Source: Patescibacteria group bacterium | GTDB taxonomy: Bacteria > Patescibacteriota > UBA1384 > 2-12-FULL-50-11 | Direction: 5' to 3' | Assembly (NCBI GenBank): GCA_016861245.1 | Contig: BOKZ01000001.1 | Location: forward strand, 615,006 to 679,005 | Length of the DNA stretch: 64,000 bases | Part shown: positions 40,222 through 48,477 of the stretch, in pieces | How positions within the stretch are numbered: position 1 is the stretch's first letter | Layout: each line of letters starts with the position of its first letter | Notes under the pieces: model-generated | Seen by the model: the letters and a program-made list of their open reading frames with translations, nothing else | The model's database searches: none | What the model was told of the DNA's origin: nothing | Program-made: the position numbers and the translations under genes

Positions 40222-40438
40222 TTTTTTCACCTCCGTTCCAAAATGCGGTGTATATAACACCATCGCTCCCTTTTCGGTCTTCAGTATACCACCCCGCTTC
40301 TTTTGCCCACTCCCCTACTCTTTTATTGCGTTTTTTCTGGGACAAAGCATATAGTTCGTCTTTTTCGTCTTGATTCATCTCCCGCCCAAACCTCGCTTGG
40401 AATAAGTCATCAAAACTAAATCGGCAAGAATAACTCAT
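40214..40438 (-). CDS. Small hypothetical protein
   Basis: Overlaps the start of the Cys-rich ORF; protein-like composition. Confidence 0.55.
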   Translation of the reverse strand: MSYSCRFSFDDLFQARFGREMNQDEKDELYALSQKKRNKRVGEWAKEAGWYTEDRKGSDGVIYTAFWNGGEKNE

Positions 40439-40453
40439 TGCATGCAATGTAAC

Positions 40454-40480
40454 AAAAAGGAGCCAAATTGGCTCCTTTTT
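40454..40480 (-). terminator. Terminator after rplL
   Basis: AAAAAGGAGCCAaatTGGCTCCTTTTT. Confidence 0.8.
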
Positions 40481-40501
40481 CGAATTCTAAATTAGAATTC
40501 T

Positions 40502-40882
40502 TTACTTAAGTTCGACCGTAGCGCCGGCTTCTTCGAGTTTCTTCTTAGCAGCTTCAGCGTCTTCCTTCTTCATTGTGCCGAGCTCTTTTGGAGCGGCATC
40601 AACGAGATCTTTAGCTTCTTTAAGACCGAGTTCTTGTTTGATCTCACGGACTGCCTTAATGACGGCGATCTTTTGGTCGCCAGAAGCAGCGAGGACAACG
40701 TTGTACTCAGACTTCTCTTCTGCGGCTTCCGCAGCACCACCGCCAGCAGCTGGCGCAGCACCGGCTGCCATTACTGGCATAGCGCTAACGCCAAACTTCT
40801 CTTCTAAACCTTTTACTAACTCTGAGAGCTCCATTACGGAAAGCTCACCAACCTGCTCGATAATTTTTTCTACGTTACTCAT
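40502..40882 (-). CDS. rplL: 50S ribosomal protein L7/L12
   Basis: [25 protein letters not shown]. Confidence 0.97.
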   Translation of the reverse strand: MSNVEKIIEQVGELSVMELSELVKGLEEKFGVSAMPVMAAGAAPAAGGGAAEAAEEKSEYNVVLAASGDQKIAVIKAVREIKQELGLKEAKDLVDAAPKELGTMKKEDAEAAKKKLEEAGATVELK

Positions 40883-40909
40883 TTATTTTCCTTTCTTACT
40901 TTCTATTTA

Positions 40910-41425
40910 TTATTTCTTCGATTCCTCAACCGCTCGTACCACGTAGGCAAACTGCTGTAGTGGGAAGTTTAAGTTGTAAACCAATCCTTGGATTAAACCG
41001 TGGAGACGGCCAACAACCTGAGCTTGTAAGGTTTCTTTACTTGGGAGTGAGGCGAGGGTTTTAACGGCTGAAGAGTCAAAGAAATTGCCGTCGATCCAAC
41101 CGCCGAGAATCTCTAACGATTCAGTTTCTTTCGCGAAATCGCTTAGCATTTTTGCCGCTACAACTTCATCTTGAAAGCCGTAAGCAATTGCGAGCTGTTT
41201 CTCTGGAATTTCCAGTTCGCGTTTCTGGTTTTTTAAGATCAGGCGAAGGAGATTATTACTCAACATTCGAACCTTACCCTGCTCTTCAAACGCCTTATCT
41301 CGAAGCGCCAGGTTCGCCTTAGCGTTAAGCGCTGTGTACGCAAAGATAATACTAATGCGTGAGGCTTCGAGCTCGCTGGTAAGCTGCTCAACTAACGCGA
41401 CTTTTTGTGCTCGTAGTAATGCCAT
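40910..41425 (-). CDS. rplJ: 50S ribosomal protein L10
   Basis: Upstream of rplL; LASLPSKE.L motif. Confidence 0.88.
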   Translation of the reverse strand: MALLRAQKVALVEQLTSELEASRISIIFAYTALNAKANLALRDKAFEEQGKVRMLSNNLLRLILKNQKRELEIPEKQLAIAYGFQDEVVAAKMLSDFAKETESLEILGGWIDGNFFDSSAVKTLASLPSKETLQAQVVGRLHGLIQGLVYNLNFPLQQFAYVVRAVEESKK

Positions 41426-41589
41426 TTATTTCTATAATTCTAGGTTGAATTTATATGGTTCTGAACAGTGTCGCGGAAGCTGAATTGATTGGTTTGCCGT
41501 AGGCAAAATTCAGCTGAGCGCCAAGTAGTATGTTGCCGCTGGAGCGACATAACTACATCTGTGAAGAAACATGTAAATGCAACAAATTG

Positions 41590-41675
41590 ACGCCCAAAGA
41601 GACGTCGCTTGCGGCTTCGTCCTCGGCAGGATTTACGGCTTGTCTCTTACGAGGGCCACCTACTTTCTTTGGAAC
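41590..41675 (-). promoter_or_regulatory. L10 leader (rplJL autoregulatory RNA)
   Basis: Minus strand CCAAAGAAAGUAGGUG...UAAAUCCUGCCGAGG resembles the L10-leader core. Confidence 0.7.
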
Positions 41676-41695
41676 AGAGTAATTTTCCCAAAAAA

Positions 41696-42211
41696 CTAGT
41701 TGAGTGTCAATAAAGCCCGTAAATGCTCGGCCGACATCCGGCCGGGGAAAAAGTATTTAATTCTATTGCCGCTGATGTAATAGCTAGCTGGAATAGTTCC
41801 GGACCAACTTCTAAACGTCGTCCCCTGCTCATCGAAATAATTAGGAAACGTCACACCAAGTTCGTTTAGCTTTGCTGCCGCCACATCGGGCTGATCCTGA
41901 ATATTAATTAATACTGGCTTTAAAGCAGTGCCCGTTAATATATTCTTTTGTTCTGTTAATAATAGGACGCACTCGTTGCAGCTGCTATTCCAGAAGGTTA
42001 CGAGCGTTGGCGAACCAACCACCTGTTCGATCGCAACCTTCTTCCCTTGAGCATCGATAATCGACGATGCTGGCAGCGCGTCGTCAACTGCAAATGGCGT
42101 AATGTCGTTTGGGTCAATCTTTGTATTTACAGTTTCGCTCGTACCACTTAGGAAAATCCCAACAACAATAATTGAGAGCACAAAAATGACCGGCAAAATA
42201 AGCCGGTTCAT
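41696..42211 (-). CDS. Membrane-anchored TlpA/redoxin-family protein
   Basis: TFWNSSCNEC, P..F.D...IP motif. Confidence 0.75.
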   Translation of the reverse strand: MNRLILPVIFVLSIIVVGIFLSGTSETVNTKIDPNDITPFAVDDALPASSIIDAQGKKVAIEQVVGSPTLVTFWNSSCNECVLLLTEQKNILTGTALKPVLINIQDQPDVAAAKLNELGVTFPNYFDEQGTTFRSWSGTIPASYYISGNRIKYFFPGRMSAEHLRALLTLN

Positions 42212-42238
42212 TCTTTACGGGCCCCTCTGCCCATTTCG

Positions 42239-43138
42239 TTATTTCAGAAACGTTAAATCAATGGCTGCCGAAGGGCTCATTGTAGAAGTAATGTAGGCAG
42301 CAGAAATTCGACTCTTCTGAATACTACCTAACATCGCAGCAGCGTTTTCTTTGAGTTTAGCGGTATCCCAGGAAACTTTACCGATTATCTGGTGAATATT
42401 ATCGCTACTATCAATTCGATACTCAACTTTGCCGGAGTTAATTTCTTCAATCGCTTTTTTCGGATCGTTGGTGACGGTACCGGATTTTGGATCTGGCATC
42501 TTGCCTTTTGGTCCTAAGATTTTAGCGATTTTACCAACCTTTGGCATCAGCTCGGGCGAAGCGATCGCAACATCAAAATCGATCTTTTTTGTTTTAGCGA
42601 TCTCTTCGATCTTGGCTTCATCGAGAACAATAATCTTCTTCTCTTTGCCGGTGCCGTGCGGTAAATGAATAACGCTCTTAGAAGATTCTGTACTGCCCTT
42701 ACTTTTCTTTTTAAGCAACTTTAAATGCAACTCAACACTACCATCAAATTTTGAGTACGAAGTCTTTTTAATCAGTTCGATCGCTTCTTCTAAGTCGTAG
42801 AGTTTACCTTTTTCGATATGGGCAGTTGCGGCCGCATATTTAGCTGAGCGCTTTTTCTTCGTGGCGACCTTTGCAGGTTTTGCGCTTTTCTTCGGAGATT
42901 TCTTATTTACTGCCTCAGCAGATTCGTTGTCTGTGTGAATGGCAGCAACTTCGGCTGGCACAACTGCATCGGCATCAGCTGCTTCCTCAGCAATCAGAGC
43001 TTTCTCGGCTTCTTCGTCTGGATTATTTTCGACCTCATCTTGCGAAGCTTCGTCAGCACGCGCTGTTAAAACTTCTGCTTCTTCGATAGCAGATTTTTCT
43101 TGGTCGACGGCGTTATTAGTTGTTTTTTTCTTTGGCAT
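42239..43138 (-). CDS. rplA: 50S ribosomal protein L1 with long charged N-extension
   Basis: KFDGSVE, LPHGTGK, LGPKGKMP.PKSGTV, STMSP. Confidence 0.9.
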   Translation of the reverse strand: MPKKKTTNNAVDQEKSAIEEAEVLTARADEASQDEVENNPDEEAEKALIAEEAADADAVVPAEVAAIHTDNESAEAVNKKSPKKSAKPAKVATKKKRSAKYAAATAHIEKGKLYDLEEAIELIKKTSYSKFDGSVELHLKLLKKKSKGSTESSKSVIHLPHGTGKEKKIIVLDEAKIEEIAKTKKIDFDVAIASPELMPKVGKIAKILGPKGKMPDPKSGTVTNDPKKAIEEINSGKVEYRIDSSDNIHQIIGKVSWDTAKLKENAAAMLGSIQKSRISAAYITSTMSPSAAIDLTFLK

Positions 43139-43694
43139 TAAAAGTATTCGGTTCTAGTTGTTCTTCCATAGATTTTATCAGATAAGAGACGACTCGGTCA
43201 ACGATCGCACCAAGCTCCCGACGCTCATCGGAACTAAACTTTGATAATACGTACTCGGCCAAGTCGTGATCGTGATGTTCGGGACGACCGATACCAATAC
43301 GAATACGCCAGTAGTCCGGTCCGATCTCGTTATCAATCGATTTAATGCCGTTATGTCCGCCGCTAGTGCCACCGTGTTTAACACGAACTTCGCCAAACCG
43401 GAACTCGGTGTCGTCGTGGATAACCCAGAGACGTTCGCGGTCCAGTCCGTGTTTTTGCATTAACGCCTCAACCACGTGACCAGATTCGTTCATGTACGTT
43501 CCTGGCTTAATCAACTGTATTTTTTCGCCACGAAACTGGAATGCGATTTCGTCGCTATTAAGTAAATGCTTTTGACGATGCCAGTGCGTCTCACCTAGTT
43601 GCTTTGCCAGCGCTTCGATAACTTCAAAACCGACATTATGCCTTGTTCCTTCGTATCGATCACCCGGATTACCTAACCCGATAATTGTTAGCAT
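43116..43694 (-). CDS. pth: Peptidyl-tRNA hydrolase
   Basis: GLGNPG..Y..TRHNVGF, GGHNGIKS. Confidence 0.95.
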   Translation of the reverse strand: MLTIIGLGNPGDRYEGTRHNVGFEVIEALAKQLGETHWHRQKHLLNSDEIAFQFRGEKIQLIKPGTYMNESGHVVEALMQKHGLDRERLWVIHDDTEFRFGEVRVKHGGTSGGHNGIKSIDNEIGPDYWRIRIGIGRPEHHDHDLAEYVLSKFSSDERRELGAIVDRVVSYLIKSMEEQLEPNTFNAKEKNN

Positions 43695-43697
43695 TAA

Positions 43698-44009
43698 CTA
43701 CATCCCAGGTAGTTTCATGTCCTTGAGTAGTGGCTGCATTCGGGTGGCGGATTCGGTCTGAGCGCGGCTCATTGCTTGACCGATTGTGTCCTTAAGATTT
43801 GCCTCGAGCTCATTCTTTTTTTCCGGAGTTAGTAGTTCATCAGCAATTTCAATGGCTACAATCTTCATCTCGCCGCTTACTACAACACCAACGAGATTAT
43901 CAGTAGAGCGCGCTTCGATCTCTAGCTCTTTAAGCTCTTTTTGTAGCTGTTTGGCTTTCTTTTGGAGCTGATACATATCTTTCATCTGTCCGAAATTTGG
44001 TAATGCCAT
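43698..44009 (-). CDS. YbaB/EbfC nucleoid-associated protein
   Basis: AKQLQKEL...V.V.VSGEMKI..I.I. Confidence 0.8.
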   Translation of the reverse strand: MALPNFGQMKDMYQLQKKAKQLQKELKELEIEARSTDNLVGVVVSGEMKIVAIEIADELLTPEKKNELEANLKDTIGQAMSRAQTESATRMQPLLKDMKLPGM

Positions 44010-44995
44010 TATTTTGTTTCCTTTCTTTTTAGTAATAAATATTTTGCGTACGCATCGATGAACGTTTCTATTTTGCCGTCGAGCACGTCGTCGACAGCGC
44101 TGGTTTCAAAGCCAGTGCGCACATCTTTAACGAGCTGGTACGGCTGTAGTACGTACGATCGAATCTGATTTCCCCAGGAAGCTAAGACCGGCTCGCCTTT
44201 GTGTTTCTGCTCTTCGGCACGCTGGCGTTCTTCCTCGAGTAATTGTAGCTTTGCTTGAAGGATTTTCATAGCCTGTAACTTATTTTGCAGTTGACTTCGT
44301 TCGTTCTGGCAAGTTACTACGATCTTGGACGGCAAGTGAGTAATTCGTACTGCCGAATCGGTAGTATTAACGCCTTGCCCGCCGTGACCCCCAGCTCGAT
44401 AAACGTCGATCTTTAGTTCATCTGGATTAATTACTAATTCTGATTTTTCAACTTCTGGGACAACCTCTACAAGCGCAAACGAGGTGTGACGGGATTTACT
44501 AGCATCAAACGGCGAGATTCGGACGAGCCTATGAACGCCGCCTTCGCCTTTGAGCTTGCCGTACGCGCGAAAACCTTTAACCTGCAACATCGCGCTTTTA
44601 ATCCCCGCTTCTTCACCGGCGCTTTTTTCTAGCAACTCCACTTTGAAGTTAGCGCGTTCGCAGTAACGAGTGTAGAGACGTAAGAGCATCTCGGCCCAAT
44701 CCTGAGCTTCGGTGCCGCCAGAGCCGGCGTGAACAGAAAGATACGCATTCGAGTCGTCGTGTTCGCCAGTAAAAACTGCTTCTCGCTCTATCTCATCGAG
44801 CTCGCGTTCGCTTTCTGCTAATTCGAATCGCAAAAGCATATCTTCAAGGTGTTTATACTCCTGCGTTAGCTTAGCGGCATGTTGATGATCACTCCAAAAT
44901 TCTGGATTTTTCATCTGTTCCTGAATGCGAGCTAGGCGCTCCTGTTTAGAAGGAATCCCCAATAGTTCTTCTAGTTCTTTTTTACGATCATTCAT
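44009..44995 (-). CDS. prfB: Peptide chain release factor 2 (no internal frameshift)
   Basis: SPF recognition loop, GGQ, continuous ORF. Confidence 0.93.
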   Translation of the reverse strand: MNDRKKELEELLGIPSKQERLARIQEQMKNPEFWSDHQHAAKLTQEYKHLEDMLLRFELAESERELDEIEREAVFTGEHDDSNAYLSVHAGSGGTEAQDWAEMLLRLYTRYCERANFKVELLEKSAGEEAGIKSAMLQVKGFRAYGKLKGEGGVHRLVRISPFDASKSRHTSFALVEVVPEVEKSELVINPDELKIDVYRAGGHGGQGVNTTDSAVRITHLPSKIVVTCQNERSQLQNKLQAMKILQAKLQLLEEERQRAEEQKHKGEPVLASWGNQIRSYVLQPYQLVKDVRTGFETSAVDDVLDGKIETFIDAYAKYLLLKRKETK

Positions 44996-45019
44996 ATAAG
45001 TATTTTACTCTAGTTCCCC

Positions 45020-45097
45020 AAAGCGTGCTTGGGGTGGGGGTGAAGGGGGTAGGGGCAGCGCTTCGCAAGTAGCACCCCCTACCCCCTTCTATAAAAA
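45020..45097. repeat. Intergenic palindromic repeat family A, copy 1
   Basis: Highly similar to the reverse complement of 51358-51435. Confidence 0.8.
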
Positions 45098-45141
45098 TTG
45101 AGTCTTTGGTTGAACAAAATTTTTGTAAGTTTTTAAGTAAC

Positions 45142-45172
45142 AAAAAAAGACCCATTTCTGGGTCTTTTTTTG
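45142..45172 (-). terminator. Terminator
   Basis: AAAAAAAGACCCAtttcTGGGTCTTTTTTT. Confidence 0.8.
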
Positions 45173-45179
45173 TTACTTG

Positions 45180-45734
45180 TTAACCAAGTAAGTCAGCTTC
45201 TTTGCGAGCTAACATGTAGCGACGTAAAGCAACCGCTAGGGTTGTTAACGCACCCGGAAGGATAGCAGCTTCCGCACCAGCCTTTGGTAAGGTGGTGACA
45301 GTCTTGCTAACTACCACTTTGTTAGCACACTTCGCAGCAGCTTTAGCAGCGCTGGCGCTCGAAGACGAGCTAGCAGCGGAACTGGCTGAAGCAAAGGCAC
45401 TCGGACAATCCGCCGTCTGAGTTACGGTGTTACCACCGCTTGTTGCAGACGAAGAACTTGAGCTAGAACTCGAAGAGCTAGAACTCGAAGACGAGCTTGA
45501 GCTAGACGAACTCGAACCGCTAGAGCTAGACGAGCCGCTTGAAGCAGCCGAACTAGCAGAAGCACCGGCACCAGCAGAAGCTGATACGCCACCAACACTA
45601 GCCGAAGCAGCGCTTGAAGAGCTAGCAGACGAGCTTGAGCTCGAAGAGCTAGAACTTGAAGCAGCGGCAACTAGCGCAGGGCTAGTAAAGGCTACTGTTA
45701 AGGCAACTAAGATGGAAACTAATATATATTTCAT
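45180..45734 (-). CDS. Secreted Ser/Ala-rich protein with LPxAG-type C-terminal sorting signal
   Basis: Signal peptide, poly-Ser, LPKAG plus hydrophobic segment plus RR..RK. Confidence 0.7.
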   Translation of the reverse strand: MKYILVSILVALTVAFTSPALVAAASSSSSSSSSSSASSSSAASASVGGVSASAGAGASASSAASSGSSSSSGSSSSSSSSSSSSSSSSSSSSSSSATSGGNTVTQTADCPSAFASASSAASSSSSASAAKAAAKCANKVVVSKTVTTLPKAGAEAAILPGALTTLAVALRRYMLARKEADLLG

Positions 45735-45880
45735 TATATCTCCTATTATCATCTCACTTGCCCTAAGGCAAGTGTGCTTATATTTTCATTCACTTTTCAG
45801 ACTAATCTCGACTTCTAATTAGTCGGAAAAGAAATGTTCCGAGGCACAGGTTTTAAGGCCTGCACCTCGGAAAGGATGTT

Positions 45881-46633
45881 CTATCCTCCTGCCGCTGCTG
45901 CCGAGCTGGAGCTCGACGATGACGACGAAGAGGAAGAACTGGAAGAGCTTGAGCTCGAAGACGAGCTCCCGCCCGCGCCACCTGCACCGCCGAAAGCAAG
46001 AGCTGCAACGTTGAACGTATTGCCCTTGCCCAGCTGGGCATTGAAGGAGACGCCGCCGATCACCGGCGAGATCACCGTCGGAGCGCCCAGGTTGGCGATG
46101 TGTTGCTGCTGGGTGGGCAGCAACATGACGGGAATGTACTTCGGCACTTCGACCGGCCGATCGACCGGCACGTAGACCGGCACTTCGACCCGTCGTTCGG
46201 GACCAGGTACCGTCACTCGGTACTCGCGAACCAACGTGCGTTGGTACGTCAGCGTTCGAGTCTCGGTTTTCACCGCCGACCGCTGCCAGATCAGGTTGTT
46301 GCAAGCAACAATCTGAAGCGGCAGATCGGTCTTGCGATCGCAGAGAACCTGGCGACCAGCGAGCGATTCGTACTTGAACTCGTTACGGTTGCGGTAGTGA
46401 ACCCAACCGTACTCGCCCTGACGACCGGCACGTCGGTACGTGCCCTCGTTGCTCACCGGAAGTCGCGAGTAGGACCATTGGTAGTCCTTGGAGAGCAGAA
46501 GGTCTGGGCCTTCCTGGTACTCTCGGACGAACTCCCGAGTTCCAGAACTCGTTGACGGGTCAATGCTCTGCGCACCAGCGAGGCTGGCACAGATCAGAGC
46601 GGCAATGACGAGAGGGGTGTGGATCAGTTTCAT
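45881..46633 (-). CDS. Secreted hypothetical protein with C-terminal Gly/poly-Ser tail
   Basis: Signal peptide (AGA-Q), VEVPVYVPV-type repeats, long Ser tail; GC-rich codons. Confidence 0.65.
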   Translation of the reverse strand: MKLIHTPLVIAALICASLAGAQSIDPSTSSGTREFVREYQEGPDLLLSKDYQWSYSRLPVSNEGTYRRAGRQGEYGWVHYRNRNEFKYESLAGRQVLCDRKTDLPLQIVACNNLIWQRSAVKTETRTLTYQRTLVREYRVTVPGPERRVEVPVYVPVDRPVEVPKYIPVMLLPTQQQHIANLGAPTVISPVIGGVSFNAQLGKGNTFNVAALAFGGAGGAGGSSSSSSSSSSSSSSSSSSSSSSAAAAGG

Positions 46634-46634
46634 C

Positions 46635-47807
46635 TTAGTTCTCCTCGCTCAAGCGGAAGACGAGAGTTCGCTCTCGTCCGTCGGCGTCGATCAGTGTGAT
46701 CGTCGCTCCAAGGAAGCGCTTGATACTTCCCCAGGCTATCGCTTCGTGGCGATCGCCGCTTCGGCGCAACATCAGCGGGTGGTCTTTGTCGTCGAGCCTC
46801 AGTACCGCTGTAAACTGCCTGGAGTCACTCAACGTCAGTACCACTTGATTCCGACGGGAGGATAACTGGATCTCAGTTACCTCCGGCGCGAACGTGTGAC
46901 GACGTGCATCTCCGAGTAGTTGCTGCTCGGTGGCGTTCAGCTCTGAACGGAGGAAGTCGAACTTCTGCTCCGAACTTGTCTGCATCGCACCAACAGTAAC
47001 AGCGCAAAACTCGACTGGAGGCTGGTTAGCACCGGCCGTTCCAGCGTTACCTGCGTTACCGACGTTTGCACCGGTTGGAAAACCACCGGGCAAAGCGGTG
47101 TTGCCTGTCTGCGTAGTCGGCGGCTGGTTAGCCGGTCGACCTTGCAGGGCAATTTGGAACTCCTCAAGCGAAGTAAAGTTCCGAATCGTTCCGTCCGGCA
47201 TCTGAGCCGTGTATGACTGAACGACTGGATACATACTTCCACCCGCGCCGGCCGTAGCCAGGCGAGCTTGCTCGTCAGCGGCCATTTGGAGAAATTGGCG
47301 GATATCGAGACGAATGAACGTCGCACTCCCCCACTCCGTACGGCTCGTACGAACCTTGATCTGGTTGATTCCAAGATCTAGATCGCTGACGGCGATGAAC
47401 GGATAGTCGCCAACCACGCCCTGAGCGCCGCTGGGTCTACCTCTCACCACCCTGCCACCTTCGACCTTCCGCCACTCGACTAACTTGTCGTTGACGTAGA
47501 TTGTGTGGTCGTGAGCTGGTGAGCTGTTCGTGAAGGCTTTCACCTTCAGCAGAACTTTGTCACCAAACCAGACCGAAGTCTGAGTGGTGGGATCCCAGCT
47601 CGTAAAGTAAGTCGGTTGATCGCCCTTGACGATGTAAACGTCGAAAACGACCTTGACGGCCGAAATCGGACGTTCTTGCGTTTGGGCGATCCGGGCGTTG
47701 ATACCCGAGCTGATTGCTCCGAAGAGCAACGACTCGAGCAACTGTGCCTTTGCGAACGTTGGGGCAATGGCAAGAACCACCGCCATCAGAATTGCGGATT
47801 TCTTCAT
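46635..47807 (-). CDS. Secreted hypothetical protein
   Basis: Signal peptide (AKA-Q), AGGAG RBS, GC-rich codons. Confidence 0.65.
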   Translation of the reverse strand: MKKSAILMAVVLAIAPTFAKAQLLESLLFGAISSGINARIAQTQERPISAVKVVFDVYIVKGDQPTYFTSWDPTTQTSVWFGDKVLLKVKAFTNSSPAHDHTIYVNDKLVEWRKVEGGRVVRGRPSGAQGVVGDYPFIAVSDLDLGINQIKVRTSRTEWGSATFIRLDIRQFLQMAADEQARLATAGAGGSMYPVVQSYTAQMPDGTIRNFTSLEEFQIALQGRPANQPPTTQTGNTALPGGFPTGANVGNAGNAGTAGANQPPVEFCAVTVGAMQTSSEQKFDFLRSELNATEQQLLGDARRHTFAPEVTEIQLSSRRNQVVLTLSDSRQFTAVLRLDDKDHPLMLRRSGDRHEAIAWGSIKRFLGATITLIDADGRERTLVFRLSEEN

Positions 47808-48074
47808 CTTTGTATCTCCTGTGCGTGCATTCCGCGGATCGCGGTGACGCTCTTGTCAGCGCCATCTCAGCCAGGAAGAGGGAAGGAGGGAAACTGTCGA
47901 GGTCGAGCAAGCTCAGCCTGTAATGACAGCTCTCCCTAATCCCAGCCGAGAGGGCACCGACAAACAGAAACTACAAAGACATATACTATTACTCTCTCCA
48001 ATCCACTCGCAATCTCATCGGTAGATATTAATTGCGAGCGGGTTGGAGATGGCGAGACGAGCTCGCCGAGGATG

Positions 48075-48094
48075 TTGGTGGAGGCGCCGGGAAT
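48075..48094 (-). repeat. 20-bp duplicate of the tmRNA 3' end (att-like)
   Basis: TTGGTGGAGGCGCCGGGAAT is identical to 48136-48155. Confidence 0.85.
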
Positions 48095-48136
48095 ACACCG
48101 TAACTGTGTGATCCCCGCCGCTCCAAAGGCAAATCT

Positions 48137-48274
48137 TGGTGGAGGCGCCGGGAATTGAACCCGGTTCCAAAAAGAGAAACACGATGTCGTTGGTTTTTGT
48201 TTAGGCATTTTCCCAACTTGAGCTACCACGCTCAGACTTCGCTCTTACCCTCTCTGTCGAACCCTTACGCCCCC
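48137..48274 (-). ncRNA. ssrA: Miniature (138 nt) tmRNA-like gene
   Basis: 5' GGGGGCG-UAAGGGUUCGAC; 3' CCGGG-UUCAAUU-CCCGG-CGCCUCC-ACCA with G3.U70; P2 helices present. Confidence 0.8.
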
Positions 48275-48477
48275 ACTGCTTGGGTACCAAAAACTGCCAC
48301 TGCTTTCCAATTCGCCTCATCAGCATTAATCGGAACAATCGAGACAAGGTTCCAGCCCCGTTCTGACATTTCATCGAAGGAAATTGGTTCTTCTGCAAAC
48401 TGCAAGTCTCTGACTCGCAGACAGACGTTTTTCTCGCTGTCCACTGTTGCAACTATTGGTAGGGTTCTGTATTGCAT
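48265..48477 (-). CDS. 70-aa DUF4177-like protein whose stop codon lies inside the tmRNA-like gene
   Basis: GGAG RBS; RGWNLVSIVP motif; TAA at 48265-48267. Confidence 0.55.
   Translation of the reverse strand: MQYRTLPIVATVDSEKNVCLRVRDLQFAEEPISFDEMSERGWNLVSIVPINADEANWKAVAVFGTQAVGA

Noticed and set aside
44009-44995. prfB programmed +1 frameshift
   Set aside because: The ORF is continuous, with no CTT TGA site near the 5' end.
45422-46175. ELELEL-repeat ORFs on + (45427, 45834) and the alternative-frame ORF 45422
   Set aside because: These are antisense or frame shadows of the poly-Ser coding sequences.
48137-48274. Ordinary tRNA-Ala or intron-containing tRNA
   Set aside because: There is no D-stem or anticodon arm. 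The GGUUCGAC D-loop followed by long P2 helices is the tmRNA layout.
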